Shown here in pieces: positions 47,092-58,915 of a stretch of DNA of 64,000 bases (the first letter of the stretch is position 1; each line of letters begins with the position of its first letter). The translations under genes were made by a program, and so were the position numbers. This stretch comes from Podospora anserina (Eukaryota). The stretch is from the NCBI GenBank assembly GCA_017654855.1, contig CM030332.1:5456001-5520000 (forward strand). Direction: 5' to 3'. The notes under the pieces are model-generated. The model saw only the letters and a program-made list of their open reading frames with translations, did no database searches and was not told the origin of the DNA.

Positions 47092-49708
47092 GCAACAACA
47101 ACGACAACAACGACGACGACGACGAGGACCCAGGTGCTTCTTCCGCGCGACTGGAACATGAGGACGGGGCCAAGGACAACGACGTGGTGGTAACGCCGAA
47201 AGTTGAATCTCATCAGACAGAAGATGACCCTGCTCCGGACGGGTCTGGCAATGCGGGCATTGCCACCACCGATATACCCACTACAACACTGCCTTCACCA
47301 GCCATTCCCACATCAGACGACCTCCCAGGTTCCCTCTCCACGCCGACATTTACAACATTTGTCTCACGAGATTCCCAAAGAACAACCACCGCTGGTCCAG
47401 CAAAAATGTTCTTTCTCGTTTCCCTGGCAAAATTTGCCGCTTTTACAGATGCCTTCCTCACGGGATTAGTATGACTTCAGTTTCACCGTCCAAAGCAAGA
47501 ACATCATCACTGACTTCAGGTCGCCAGCTTGTTCCGTTGGTTCCTACCATTATTGAAGAAAAGACAAATGTCCCACCAGCACAAAGTAAGCGGCACCAAG
47601 GAACACCCGTTGATGCTCACTTTGCTAACTTTGTCAACCAAAGTCCAAGTGTGGATTGCTGTGTTTCTCGCTGCAGCTGGCGGAACAGCCGCTGTGGTAT
47701 CCCGTAGGTCTTCTTGTCCTTACCACTTAGAGCTTGCCTGACTGTGATAGCCTTGATGCCCTTCGTAACTCGGCAAGGGCCTTTGACCTGGGTCATTCTA
47801 CTTGCAGGACTCGCATTTGCAGGAGCCTCGTTTGCGCTGATTCAGACTGCAACCAGCCTCCAGATGCTGATTGCCGCTCGAGCTCTCCAGGGTGTTTCTT
47901 CCGCGGCAACGACTGGTGCATGTTCTGGCATGTTGGCAACAGCAGTTGCCATCAATGACCGGGCACCAACTTTGTCTTGGGTTTCACCTGCCTTCATTCA
48001 GGGGGTGGCCTTGACCGGAGCACCTGCGCTCTCCGGTTTTCTCTACACGCAGCACAAGGGTCCAGAAGCCGTCTTCTACCTTGCGTATGCTCTCATCACC
48101 TTCACCTTTTTGCTGACAATGATCGCTGCCATGATCACTCCCAAGATTGAAATCGGCCTTGCAGTCACCGACATCGACCACGGTGCAGAACCCACTTCCG
48201 CAACGGAACCTCGCGGCTACGGTACCATGAGTCCTGAACTCCATAGGGCCACGCCCGCTATTGCTAGCAGAATGCGTTCATCGAGATCGAGATCCCCGCA
48301 TTCGGTATCCTCCGTAAGGTCGAGTAGAAGTAGCGCTTCTACTATCCTTTCAGAGCCATCCACCTGGAGCTTTCGCCTCTTGGTGGCTGTGTATGGCTAC
48401 TTTGTCCTCAGCCTCCTGACGACTGCGCTTGCCACCGTACTCCCTCTCCGAATAATGCAAAAATTTGGGTGGACAGAACTAGGGGCTGGGTTGATGTTTG
48501 TGTGGCTGTCAGCCCCTGCCGTGGTGGTTGGGGTTTTGGCCGGCGCCTTTACTGCTCGAATCCCTGGATCAGCCCGTTGGTTGACATCCATTGGGTTTTT
48601 GGCGTCGGTTCCTGGTATCTTGTCGCTTGTCTCGGCGACAGGACAGACCACGGAAGACAACCATGGTATTCTCACGAATCCATTACTGTTGACTCTCGCC
48701 GCCATATCTTTCGCCATAGGACTGTGCGGAGATCCATTGATCAAGGAGATTACGAACGTAGTGGGACCTACGGCAGTCAACGACCCGTCAAGTGCGGCCG
48801 CCCAGGCATCTAGTCTTCCAAATATCGCGGCTGCTTGGGGAGGCTTGGTCGGACCCCTATTTGCTGGCGCCATTACTTGGGTATGGGGGTTCCAGATCTT
48901 GGTTCAGTCTTTGGCGCTTGTCGCCGCAACAACCGGTCTGCTGAGCGTCATATTTGTACAAGGCTGGCCTGGTAGTTCTGATGTTGATATGGGTCGGCAT
49001 CGCGCACAACCTGCAACAGATGAAGAAACAGCTCCTCTTCTGGTCAACGACCATCAAGTTGCCGAGTTCTATCCTGCTGGACGACCAGGTATTTTGAGCA
49101 AAGGCAAGAAGAACAGGCCTTTTGCCGAGACTCCAGGCTCTCCTAGCGGCCGCAAGAATCGCACCCACCGTCGGCACTTCAGTGTCGACAACTCCTCAAT
49201 TACAACGATAACTGGAGCAGGAAGTGTTGAGACGACAGGCGGTCAAGTCCGCCAAGTCCGCTTTCAGGCCTCTCTGGAGGACAGTCCGGATGGGCTTGGG
49301 ACGAATCAGCCACCCACAAGGGAAAATAGCAATCAATCCAATCCCGAACGTCGCTATGTCATGAGAGAGGCCCCTCACGCACCGACGACTGATCCTCTCT
49401 TGGCCGCGGGCAGTAGGTACGTCATTGACGAAGAGAGGTCAGTCGCTGCTGGTACCGAGAGACCGAAGCGCCATGTGGTGGTGTTCGCTGAGGGGACAGC
49501 GCCACCAGAGCTGCTGGCACGTCATCGGCACCACACCGTTGCGATCAATGCCTTGGACGGAACCACTCAAATCGTATCGAACAGCACCGATAGTAACCAT
49601 GCCGTCTCGGTGACAGAGGACAGTCTGGAGGATGCCGAGTTTTCCGAAGCCACTTCGACGCGTTATGTGGTGGTTGTTGTGGACGAGGGTGAAGATGAGA
49701 GCAGGTGA
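46989..49708 (+). CDS. MFS transporter with long cytoplasmic termini (multi-exon)
   Basis: About 12 hydrophobic helices, LIAARALQGVSSA, GGLVGPLFAG; several short introns between ~47469 and ~47751. Confidence 0.85.
47060..47124 (+). repeat. (AAC)n/(GAC)n coding microsatellite (poly-Asn/Asp)
   Basis: AACAACAAC... run passing into GACGACGAC. Confidence 0.9.
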
Positions 49709-50252
49709 TGAGGTGGAGAAGGGCAATAAAGTCAGTCGGATCGATGATGTGAGCGGCGTGTTTTTGTTGATATGACCCAAGGCACAATCCGATGCAATGT
49801 ACATAACGAAGCCAGAATGATTAATTCGTATACCCCGGAGTTTAGGTTACCTATCCAGTCCATGTTTCCAGCCAACCAGGGCAACCAAACGTGACAAGGC
49901 TGCGCGATTCGGGAAGCTCTGGTGTGCGGGGTCGGGTGAGAAAACCTACGGTTGTGGTTTTGTGGTTGCCTTCATGAGCTGGTTGACGAAATTAGGCCAA
50001 ACAAGATATACGAGAATCGGCAAGCGCAAACGAAGCGTCGGGCTGGACTTAATGAGGTTTTACGTTTTGTGGTACTGGACGGCCGGCACTGGTCAAGCCT
50101 CTCCCCCCACAGCTGATAAAACGAGTCGTGGCGCCATTTCCGACAGGGTGAGTTGAGAGCACCCCGACTGGACAGGCGGATCCTGCTGTCTTTTCACTGT
50201 GCGGACGACCGATCTGAAAGGCGGGTCCTGATCGTGGCAAGCACGCTGCACT

Positions 50253-51529
50253 ATGCTGGCTCATGACGCGATCGAGCAGTTGGCCAACAGAGAGAGAGAG
50301 GCATGGGCAGTTGACGGGCCAGTCGAGGAGCTGCCGGCCGTGATGGTACCAGTCATTGAGTCTAGGCTACAGGGGATAGTGGCAGGTGAACGACGCGGTC
50401 TGCGTCGACACCATCGATACCACCCGCATATTAATATCAACACCCCGAGCGAAATCCAAGAGCAGCAGATGGCCGGCGACGGCCTTCCTGCGTATACACG
50501 ATACACCGAGAATACCCCCAATGATGCTTCGGAAGACTACATGGACGAGGATAGCGAGGATGACAGTTCAGAGCCCGAATATCCCACCGTCCTATCCCCC
50601 CCTCCGTCATATCACGCCGAAGCGCAGCGAGATCCACCGGTATGGAGAGCCCTCACCAGGCTAAAATGATCTCAGTCTTCTGACCCCGTGTATATGTTTC
50701 TCAGACCTACAATGTAGCCATCTCAGGCATCCAATCAGAGCGCCGCTCTGAATTACAGCGGCAATGGGTGTCATATGCAGAAGGAAAGCGGTTCGAGCAC
50801 CGACAAAATTATGTATCATGGAGGACAGCACGGAGTAGCAACAGCGCGTCTGATACCTCATCCGTGACCCTCGCCGGTAGCCCGAGTAGTTCGCCTTCGA
50901 GCTTTGATCCCTTGCCGGCCGTGGAACCACCACCACCACCTCCTCCTCCTCCACCGCCTCCTCGATCACCACCAGCAGTGACCCCGCTGACGACACGTCA
51001 ACGAGCCAGGCGAGCTCTTGCGCAATTCCCAGCGAAATTGGGTGGCTCCCTCGCCAAAGCCATCATGCTCGATAAGATGGCTTCCTGGGCGGCCAAGACG
51101 AAACATTGGAAGAAGACAAAGCGGGATTATGTCAAGGAGGTGTCTGGGGAGAGGTGCTTTTTTGTTGGTGCTGTGGATAGGATGCCTGATGGACAGGCTG
51201 CCTCGGATTCAGGCTCAACTCGGCCAGCTACGCCGGCTGTTCAAGTAGTGCCGCCACGTGCTGATCCGGTGATGAGTGTTTTTGTTCCGAATGAGGGCAC
51301 TGGGTTTGAGAGGGGCAGGAGACACGAGCCTGGGAGTGATTCAGCTGGGTCCTCCCGACCGGGGACGGCAACGGGCCTTGTGCGGTCAAGCTCGCTACTC
51401 AAGAGGGTGGCAAGTTTGACGAAGAGGAAGAAAGGTGTTGATGGGGAGGCGGGTTTTCCTATACCGGAACTAGGGAGGAGGCCGAGCAGGAGGAGACCGG
51501 GGGATGACCTGGAGATGGTGGGGGGTTAG
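50253..51529 (+). CDS. Hypothetical disordered protein with multiple PY motifs (2 exons)
   Basis: Intron 50640-50704 (GTATGG..CTGAC..CAG, phase 0) joins ORFs 50253..50669 and 50768..51529; LPAY, PPSY, PPTY and poly-Pro. Confidence 0.72.
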
Positions 51530-51982
51530 GGGAGTGTTGCTGATCGGGTCGAGGATGACTTTACATACATATATACTTCCTCGGGATGATGGACATACGC
51601 AACGCTAGAAGGGAAAAGCAACTCGACAGATGTTGGTAGTTTAATGGTTGGGCGTTGCTTTCTTGTTTCCTCCCCCAACATACACAAAGGCGACAGTCTA
51701 CAAGGCCATGGAGGCGCCACCGCAAATTACCAGAATATTTGCATAGAATACACAAGCATATAACCAATCCCTTGCTCTTTCCAAACCCTCATCAAGGCGA
51801 CGTTCATTCATGAAGAGGGTTAGGGTACAAATCCTATGGCACTTGCCCCTGCAATTGCCCCACGTCGTTCGTCCCTGCCCAGGGATTTGACGTCAGCTCA
51901 ACCCGGCAGGCACACTCGCTCAAAAGCTCCTTCCCAGACAAAATACCATCCCAACTTTGACCAGGAATGCAAGACTGGTCAA

Positions 51983-53039
51983 ATGCGTCTTAGCAGCTGG
52001 CGTCTGCTACTCTACTCGGTCCTAACACTTATTATGTCCATTATCCTTCCAACCCTTTACAAAACAAACCCATTGCTGCTCTCAACTCTACGAAACAAGT
52101 TCATCACAACAACAACAACAACAACAACAGTAACAACAACAAACAACCTCTTCTTCCGCCAAACTCACAAAATGACCACCGTCCACCACCCCTCCCACCC
52201 GTCCATCCCCATCACCCTCCCCGACGGTCTCACAAAAGACCAACTCCTCAATTTCCATCCCTTTACCGTGTGTTCCCCCTTCCTTTTATCCCCCATCCAT
52301 CAACTGACTTGATCAACAGTCCTGGCTATCAACCCTGACCACCTCTCTCACCTCCCAATCCATCACCCCCTCCCACCCCTTCTCCCCCAACCCATACACC
52401 CTCCGCTCTGTCAAAATCCAATCATTCGACCTATTCGGCCCCAGAGTCGGCTTCCTCAAGCTTGTAGCCGATGTCAAAAACGATAAAAACGAGACGCTCC
52501 CCGGCGCGGTGTTTCTGAGAGGACCATCGGTGGCTATGCTTGTGATGCTCATACCCGATGATGGCAAGGATGAGGAGGAGAGGTACGTTTTGCTGACGGT
52601 GCAGCCGAGGGTTGCGGCGGGGAGTCTGGAGTTTGTGGAGTTGCCTGCGGGGATGGTGGATGAGGAGGGGGAGTTTGTGGGGACGGCGGCGAGGGAGATT
52701 GAGGAGGAGTTGGGGATTAGGATTGAGGAACGGGAGTTGAGGAATCTGAGTGAGATGGCGTTGGGGGAGGAGGGAGGAGGGGAGGGGTTGGGAAGGGGGG
52801 TGTACCCTAGTCCGGGGGCGTGTGATGAGTTTATACCTATTTTTATGTATGAGAGGCGGGTGCCGAGAGATACGTTGAAGGAGTGGGAGGGGAAGTTGAC
52901 GGGGTTGAGGGAGCATGGGGAGAAGATTAGTTTGAGGTTGGTGAAGATGGGTGATTTGTGGAGGGTGGGCGGGAGGGACGGGAAGACGTTGGCTGCTGTG
53001 GCGCTGTGGCAGGGGTTGAGGAGGGAGGGGAGGGTGTAG
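51983..53039 (+). CDS. Nudix hydrolase (ADP-sugar pyrophosphatase / NUDT14-like)
   Basis: FGPRVGFLKL, PGAVFLRGPSVAML, Nudix box ELPAGMVD...GTAAREIEEELG, YPSPGACDE. Intron ~52268-52319; alternative start at 52172. Confidence 0.9.
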
Positions 53040-53211
53040 ATGTGGTGATGGGAGGATGGTGAGGCGTGGTGTTGTTGTTGTTATTGTTGTTATTGTTGTT
53101 GCTGGTGCTGACAGCTGGTTGTCAGGTGATGAGACATTGCTGGTAGGTCGGGTTCGAGACTCACGCTTATAAGATGCAGATGTAGAGAGGAGGTTAACAG
53201 TAAACACTACA

Positions 53212-53356
53212 GGGCGTATGGTCTAGTGGTACGACGTCCCAGTTGCAGATAATGTTCAAAGCCTTGAAGCCGTTGGAAGCTCCAAAACAGGTGAGAGGGT
53301 TTCGAATGATGTAGTGCCCCATGAGAAGCTCCCAGGTTCGAACCCTGGTACGTCCA
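53212..53356 (+). tRNA. tRNA-Ala(UGC) with 73-nt intron (atypical anticodon arm)
   Basis: Acceptor GGGCGTA/TACGTCC-A with G3:U70; D arm GTC..GAC; anticodon TGC at 53244-53246; T arm CCAGG TTCGAAC CCTGG; downstream T tracts. Confidence 0.8.
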
Positions 53357-53517
53357 TCTTTTGCAGTTTTTGGGGCAGCTTTTTGCTTGTGGTTTATTTT
53401 CTATTATTATACCCAATCTGTGTTGATGTTTGTCTACCTGAACTCCTTGCTTTAGATCCCTCGATTAACATGACTATTCCTATTCAACCTCCCGCATCTC
53501 TCGGTTCATGATGACCC

Positions 53518-54276
53518 TCACAGCTTGAACTTCTTTGCAATCTCAATACCCTCGGCCAAATTCGCTATCCTAGCATCAATCGCGTACCCTTCCTTCTCCA
53601 GTCGTATACACTCCTCCCACAAATCAACAAGCTTCACGTAAAACACCTCGATGAACTCATTCTCCTCCAGCTCCGGCTCCAGGTTTTGATTCTGCGGCAA
53701 GCTCATATCGACACTGACGTGCACCATCTTGAGGTTGGTGTTCGTAAAGCCGGGGTCGTTGAACATGACGGGCGAGGACTCTATCACCTCGCAGACGTAA
53801 CCAGTCTCCTCCTTTAGCTCACGAACGGCGGCTTCTTCTGCCGTCTCGCCCTCGTCGATGAGGCCGGCGGGGAGCTCGATGACGATCTTGTCCAGGGGTG
53901 GGCGGTATTGCTTCTGGAGAACGACTTCGGGACCGGTGGGCTTTTCGAGGATGGCGACGATGCCCACGCCGTCGATGCCGGATGCTTTGGGGCGGGTGCG
54001 GCGCTCGGCGGATTCCCAGGTGCGGGTTATGCCTTTGGGATCGAGGTAGATTTTTCTAGAGAGAAAAGGGTGGAAAGGGGTTAGGAGGAGAAACCACGTC
54101 GTGGAGCGTTCGTTTGTATGGCTTACTTGACAAGTTTGGTCCAGACTGCTTCACTATCCGGCTATATGGACATGTTGGTTTATGGGTCTTGAATGTTTGT
54201 TTTGTTTTTGTTATGGGAGGCTTACAAGTGGCTCGGTGGCTATTACTTTTGCTTCGGATTCTGGTGCCAGAACCAT
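53518..54276 (-). CDS. ysa1: ADP-ribose pyrophosphatase (Ysa1/NUDT5), 3 exons
   Basis: MVLAPESEAKVIATEPL | YLDPKGITRTWESAER..IDGVGI, QYRPP, ELPAGLIDEGETAEEAAVRELKEETG, DPGFTN, GYAIDAR. Confidence 0.92.
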
Positions 54277-55472
54277 TTTGGATTGCACTGGAGGAAAATA
54301 ACTTTCGTCTGACCTTGCTATCATTTTTCTGGGGGGAGTGTGTTTTGTGAGGTTGTTCTGGTGATAATGTGGAACAATGTCGGTGTGTAAGTCGAGGTGG
54401 TGAATGATAATCTGGGGCACCTCTGCGGCTAGGGCTCCACTGAAGCCGATAGGGGATGCTGGGGTCACCGCTGTGACCCACCCGCTGTATCTGTACCACA
54501 GCCACGGTGTAAGTGCCGCTGGCCAATGACGATGGAGGCAATGTGTGATGTGTTGGCTGTTCTGAAGCTTTTCTTCTTGCGTGCCAACAGCGGTTCCTGT
54601 GATGCTGGTCATGTGGTGTATGGACGGCTGGAATTGCCCTGGATTGGGTCTACGGGGCTGGTACGCCGGCAGCAGACAGCTGCAAGGGCGAGTCGGTTGT
54701 AGTTTGCGTTTATCGAGGATGGCTACCTTATTGATAATGTATCGTTGCTGTCGTCACCCATGACGGGAATGCCTGGTGACGTTTGACCTGACGCGTGTTT
54801 GATGTCGAAATGGTTGGTCCGGAGGAGTGAAATGCCCGCCCTGCAGTGATCGTGATTGCTTCGTGTTGCAAGATCCGTTGTGGAGCTGAGACCGCCATAC
54901 TTTAGCATCCTCACAGCTCTCGTGCACGTTGATGGGCATCAGGGGCAAGATTCTGATATTTTACGCTACTCATGAGGCTCTAGACGTTATGACATCTCAA
55001 AAGTCAGACATCCCTTCCTCAAATGTTCCGGGACGTCCCGGTAAGGCTGGAATGTGGGTTAGGGTTCCTGAGGGCCGCGACAAGGCCGCGTTTATCGCAA
55101 CCTCTCATTGCATTCCCGCAAATAAAAACTGCAACATCACCACGCAACTACCTACGAATCAATCCATATCGTTTTGAGTAAATGCTCAGATGGGCATCAA
55201 ACGTGTCCCTTACCTGCCTTTCTCGGTGTCATTTTTTTTGTAGGTCTCGGACGGAAACAGGGGCGGCGGGCATATTGACCGCCGTGCCGCTCGCCTCACC
55301 TTGCACCTCGGTGCCTTGTTTTTGCTGCGCGTCATGAAGCTTGTTTCGACTTCTTCTTATCAATCAAGATCTCTTGACATCCTTGGCTTCATTTTTACTC
55401 GGCTGATTCAGTTTCTACTCACTTCTCGCTTTCTACTTTCGTCAGTAATTCCAATCGCCGGCTGCCACCAAA

Positions 55473-57210
55473 ATGGCACCCAACGACGATGACGACAGAG
55501 CGAGCATCGCAACAACAGAGGAAACCCCCCTCCTAGCCGGCTCACCAAGACCGTCATCACCTCGCCCCAACCAACATGAACATGATAGCCAACACGGCCA
55601 ACCAGCTCTTACTGCTACCACTTCCAAGAACGACCAACTTCGAAGCCGTATCCGGCCCCGCGTTCTGATTCTTGTGTTTGTCACACTCTTTTTGATCGAG
55701 TTGGGTGTTGGCATCACAGTCGCCCCTAACAGCGCCATCATGGAATCTATCATTTGCCGGCAGCACTACCCCAGGCTGCCGCTTTCCCCGGACCATCCAA
55801 TACGGCAGTTTGCAGGGGGGGTGGCGCTGATAGATGACCCTATTTGCAAGTCACCGGATGTGCAGTCCGAGCTGGCCATGTTGAGAGGGTGGGCGCAGAC
55901 GTTTGAGTGTATTCCTGGTCTTATCGGGGCGGTGCCATATGGGATATTGTCGGACAGATGGGGCCGGAGGCCGGTGCTGGCGTTGAGTTTGCTTGGCTGT
56001 TTGCTGTCGGTGGCGTTTATGTATTTGGTTTGTGAGTATAACCTCGATACCTGGGAGATGAGGGGGGTTGTGCTGATTAACTGGCTAGTTTACTTCTCGG
56101 ATGTGGTGCCGCTGTGGTGGTTCTGGTGGTCGTCGGCGTTTGAGCTGTAAGTTTGGCGACGTCGGACAAAAGGTTGTGCTGAGGTTGAAATAAACATGAG
56201 GGCTAACATGAACGGTCAACAGTATTGGCGGTGGCGGCACCGTTCTGGTGGCTATGCTTTATACTTTTGTGGCAGACGTTGTCCCCGTTGACGGGCGCGC
56301 AACAGTTTTCCTGCAGCTAAACGCCCTGTTTTTGGGCTCGCAGATGCTCGCCGGTCCGCTGGGGGGCGCCATGATGGTGAATGACCCGTGGATTCCACTA
56401 TGGGCATCCTTGATCATTATAGGGGGTGCGAACTTGCTCGTTCTCTTTTTGCCGGAGACGCTGCACCTTCACGACAAGAAGAACATGGCAACCGCTTCAG
56501 AAGACGACATGGACGACGAGAGGTCAGGGTTGCAAAAGCTCTTATACAAGACAAAGACTGGGTTGGAAGAAGTCTGGGAGTTCATTCTTGGAAACAAGAG
56601 CGTAGGTTTGTTGATCTTGTCTATGACTTTTGTTATTCTTGGTCGGTTCGTGGGCGAGATCTTGCTACAGTACGCCACAGAGAGGTATCACTGGAGTTGG
56701 AGCAGAGCGTCATATCAGCTCGTGATACGGAATGCCTTCAGCATGTTCACGCTGCTGGTTTTGATGCCTTTTGCCAGCTGGTTTTGCCTTCAGCACCTGG
56801 GAATGTCGGCAGTGGAGAAGGACATCTGGTTGGGCCGATGGTCTGGTGTCACGGCGGTGGCGGGCTGTCTGATCATTGCTGGAGCGACCAACGGGGTGCT
56901 TTTCTCTGTGGGACTGATCTGGTTTGCGCTTGGCTCAGGGATCACGTCTGTGATTCGGTCTCTCCTCAACAGCTTGGTGGAAGAGCACCATGTCGGTACC
57001 GTCAACACTTTGGTAGGCTTCATGGAGAACGTCGGGATGATGGCAGCTGGCCCTCTTCTGGCTAAGAGCCTCAGCCTTGGACTCGAATTGGGAGGCCTTT
57101 GGGTCGGTCTCCCACTCATCACGGCTGGAATGTTCATCGCGACTTCTACGGCGATTCTGTGGATCTTTCGGTTACCGAGACGGCCATCGTTGGTGGATCT
57201 GAGAGCTTAG
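55473..57210 (+). CDS. MFS transporter (SLC46/PCFT-like), multi-exon
   Basis: N-terminal EETPLL motif, CRQHY..CK..VQSELA loop, motif A GILSDRWGRRPVL, about 12 TMs; introns near 56032-56088 and 56147-56222. Confidence 0.88.
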
Positions 57211-58915
57211 ATACGATGCGATCAGATCTCCCCAAAATCCCATCGCGATTCGCCGGGAGATCAGCTCAGCTGAAGCGGGATTCAAAGCTTCCAGAAGGAG
57301 CGCAGATGACGTCGAACCCCAGGTGTCATCAAAATAGCCCCGATAGCTAGCTAGGATAGACCCAGGACGCCACGATATCTGAGAGGACCCGGATTGTCGG
57401 GAATTGGCCGCTTTGCGAACCCGCGCAGAGTCATGGACTAGGGGTGAAATATGGCCTCATCTGGATCGATAGTTGACAAAGAAGAAATGAGATTTTTTCT
57501 CTCACTGAGAAGAGGCTAAAAAACCAATATGCAGTCCGAGTCAGGATGGAAGCAGCAATGGAGCTGAGGAAGATAGGAGATGCAGCTGCAAGGGGCTCTT
57601 GGTGTGTTCAGCAAGCCACAGCTGCCAAACTGCAGGTAGCCGGTAATACCAAGCACAGACCATATGCCGCCCACAGGCAGCCTCTTGTGCAAACTATCGA
57701 CTTCCCCTTTCCACGACCATTTTTCTTCAACAAGTTGGCATGTGTAACGTGCTCGCGAGAAGAGCACAGCAAACGTCCTTTCCGTACGGGTACATACAAC
57801 CACAAGGTGAAACGCTCCTCCAGGTCGATCATCGATCCGATAATTGCGATTGCCAATCCACCCACGGTTTTGTCTTGCACCCCGCTGCTCCCGCCTTGGA
57901 AGGACGGCACGGGAGGGGTGATGAACCGCTACCAATACAACCTCAGAATTGTTGTAAGGTCGCGTCCAGTCCACGTTTTCCTGCATTAACTCTGCATGCA
58001 GCCATCACAGCTATCGACGATGTTGCAAGGACGTCATATACGCCGTAAACCAGCTTCTCGTGGACCAATCTCCTTATCGCTTCCCCTGCATATCCCGTCC
58101 GATAGCCGGCCACACCACATCTCCTTCCTTTTGGAAACCACACAAGCCTCACCAGCGGGTGTCTCTTATTACCCAGGTACTTATCGGACCTGTTTCTCAC
58201 AGCCAGCCAGCCCCCATTGCACCATGGAACAAGCCCAGAAAGTCGGCTTTCCGCACTGGGCTCCCCAAAGCGGCTGGCTGGGGCCCCTGGTTCGCCAGCA
58301 TGCCAGGGCCCTCTTGCTAGCGTTGCCATCTCGTGCGAATCATCTCCACCAGCGCGTAGCCCCAGTCCCTGAATGTGAAAAAGATGCGACCATTTCCCCC
58401 TCTCCATTCCTCTCTCTTCAGCTTGCTGTTCGGGTGCTTTCTCTCTGCTATCCTCTTGTCTTCTTGCTGTCGGCGGTCCTGTCCCTCTCGACAACACTCG
58501 TTTGCTGGCTTTCACCTGCCTGGTCGCTCATTACATACACACACATCTCACCATTCGTCGTTTATTTACTTCTTTTGGACCGTCAAAAGTTTCTGTCACC
58601 GCCCAGCCCGACAAACCCCACGCTGCCCCTTTTCCGGGCTTTGATCTCGAAAAGCGCTCGGGCTTCCATGCCGGGAGTTTCCCAGACGACTCGCAGTTGA
58701 ACAAGTTCGATTTTACACAAGCGACGCGTTGTTACGTTTCCAGCCCCTGCCGTATTCCGACCGAGTAGCACCTCAGACGGACTGAGGTAGCATTGGATTG
58801 CTCGGTTTTATATGTGTGGGTTCCGCCAGAAGAACAACCCCCTCCAAACTTCGTCATCCTGACTCTTCTCTTCTCAGTAATGTATTAGTCTAAACAATAA
58901 TCACTATCTGCCAAA

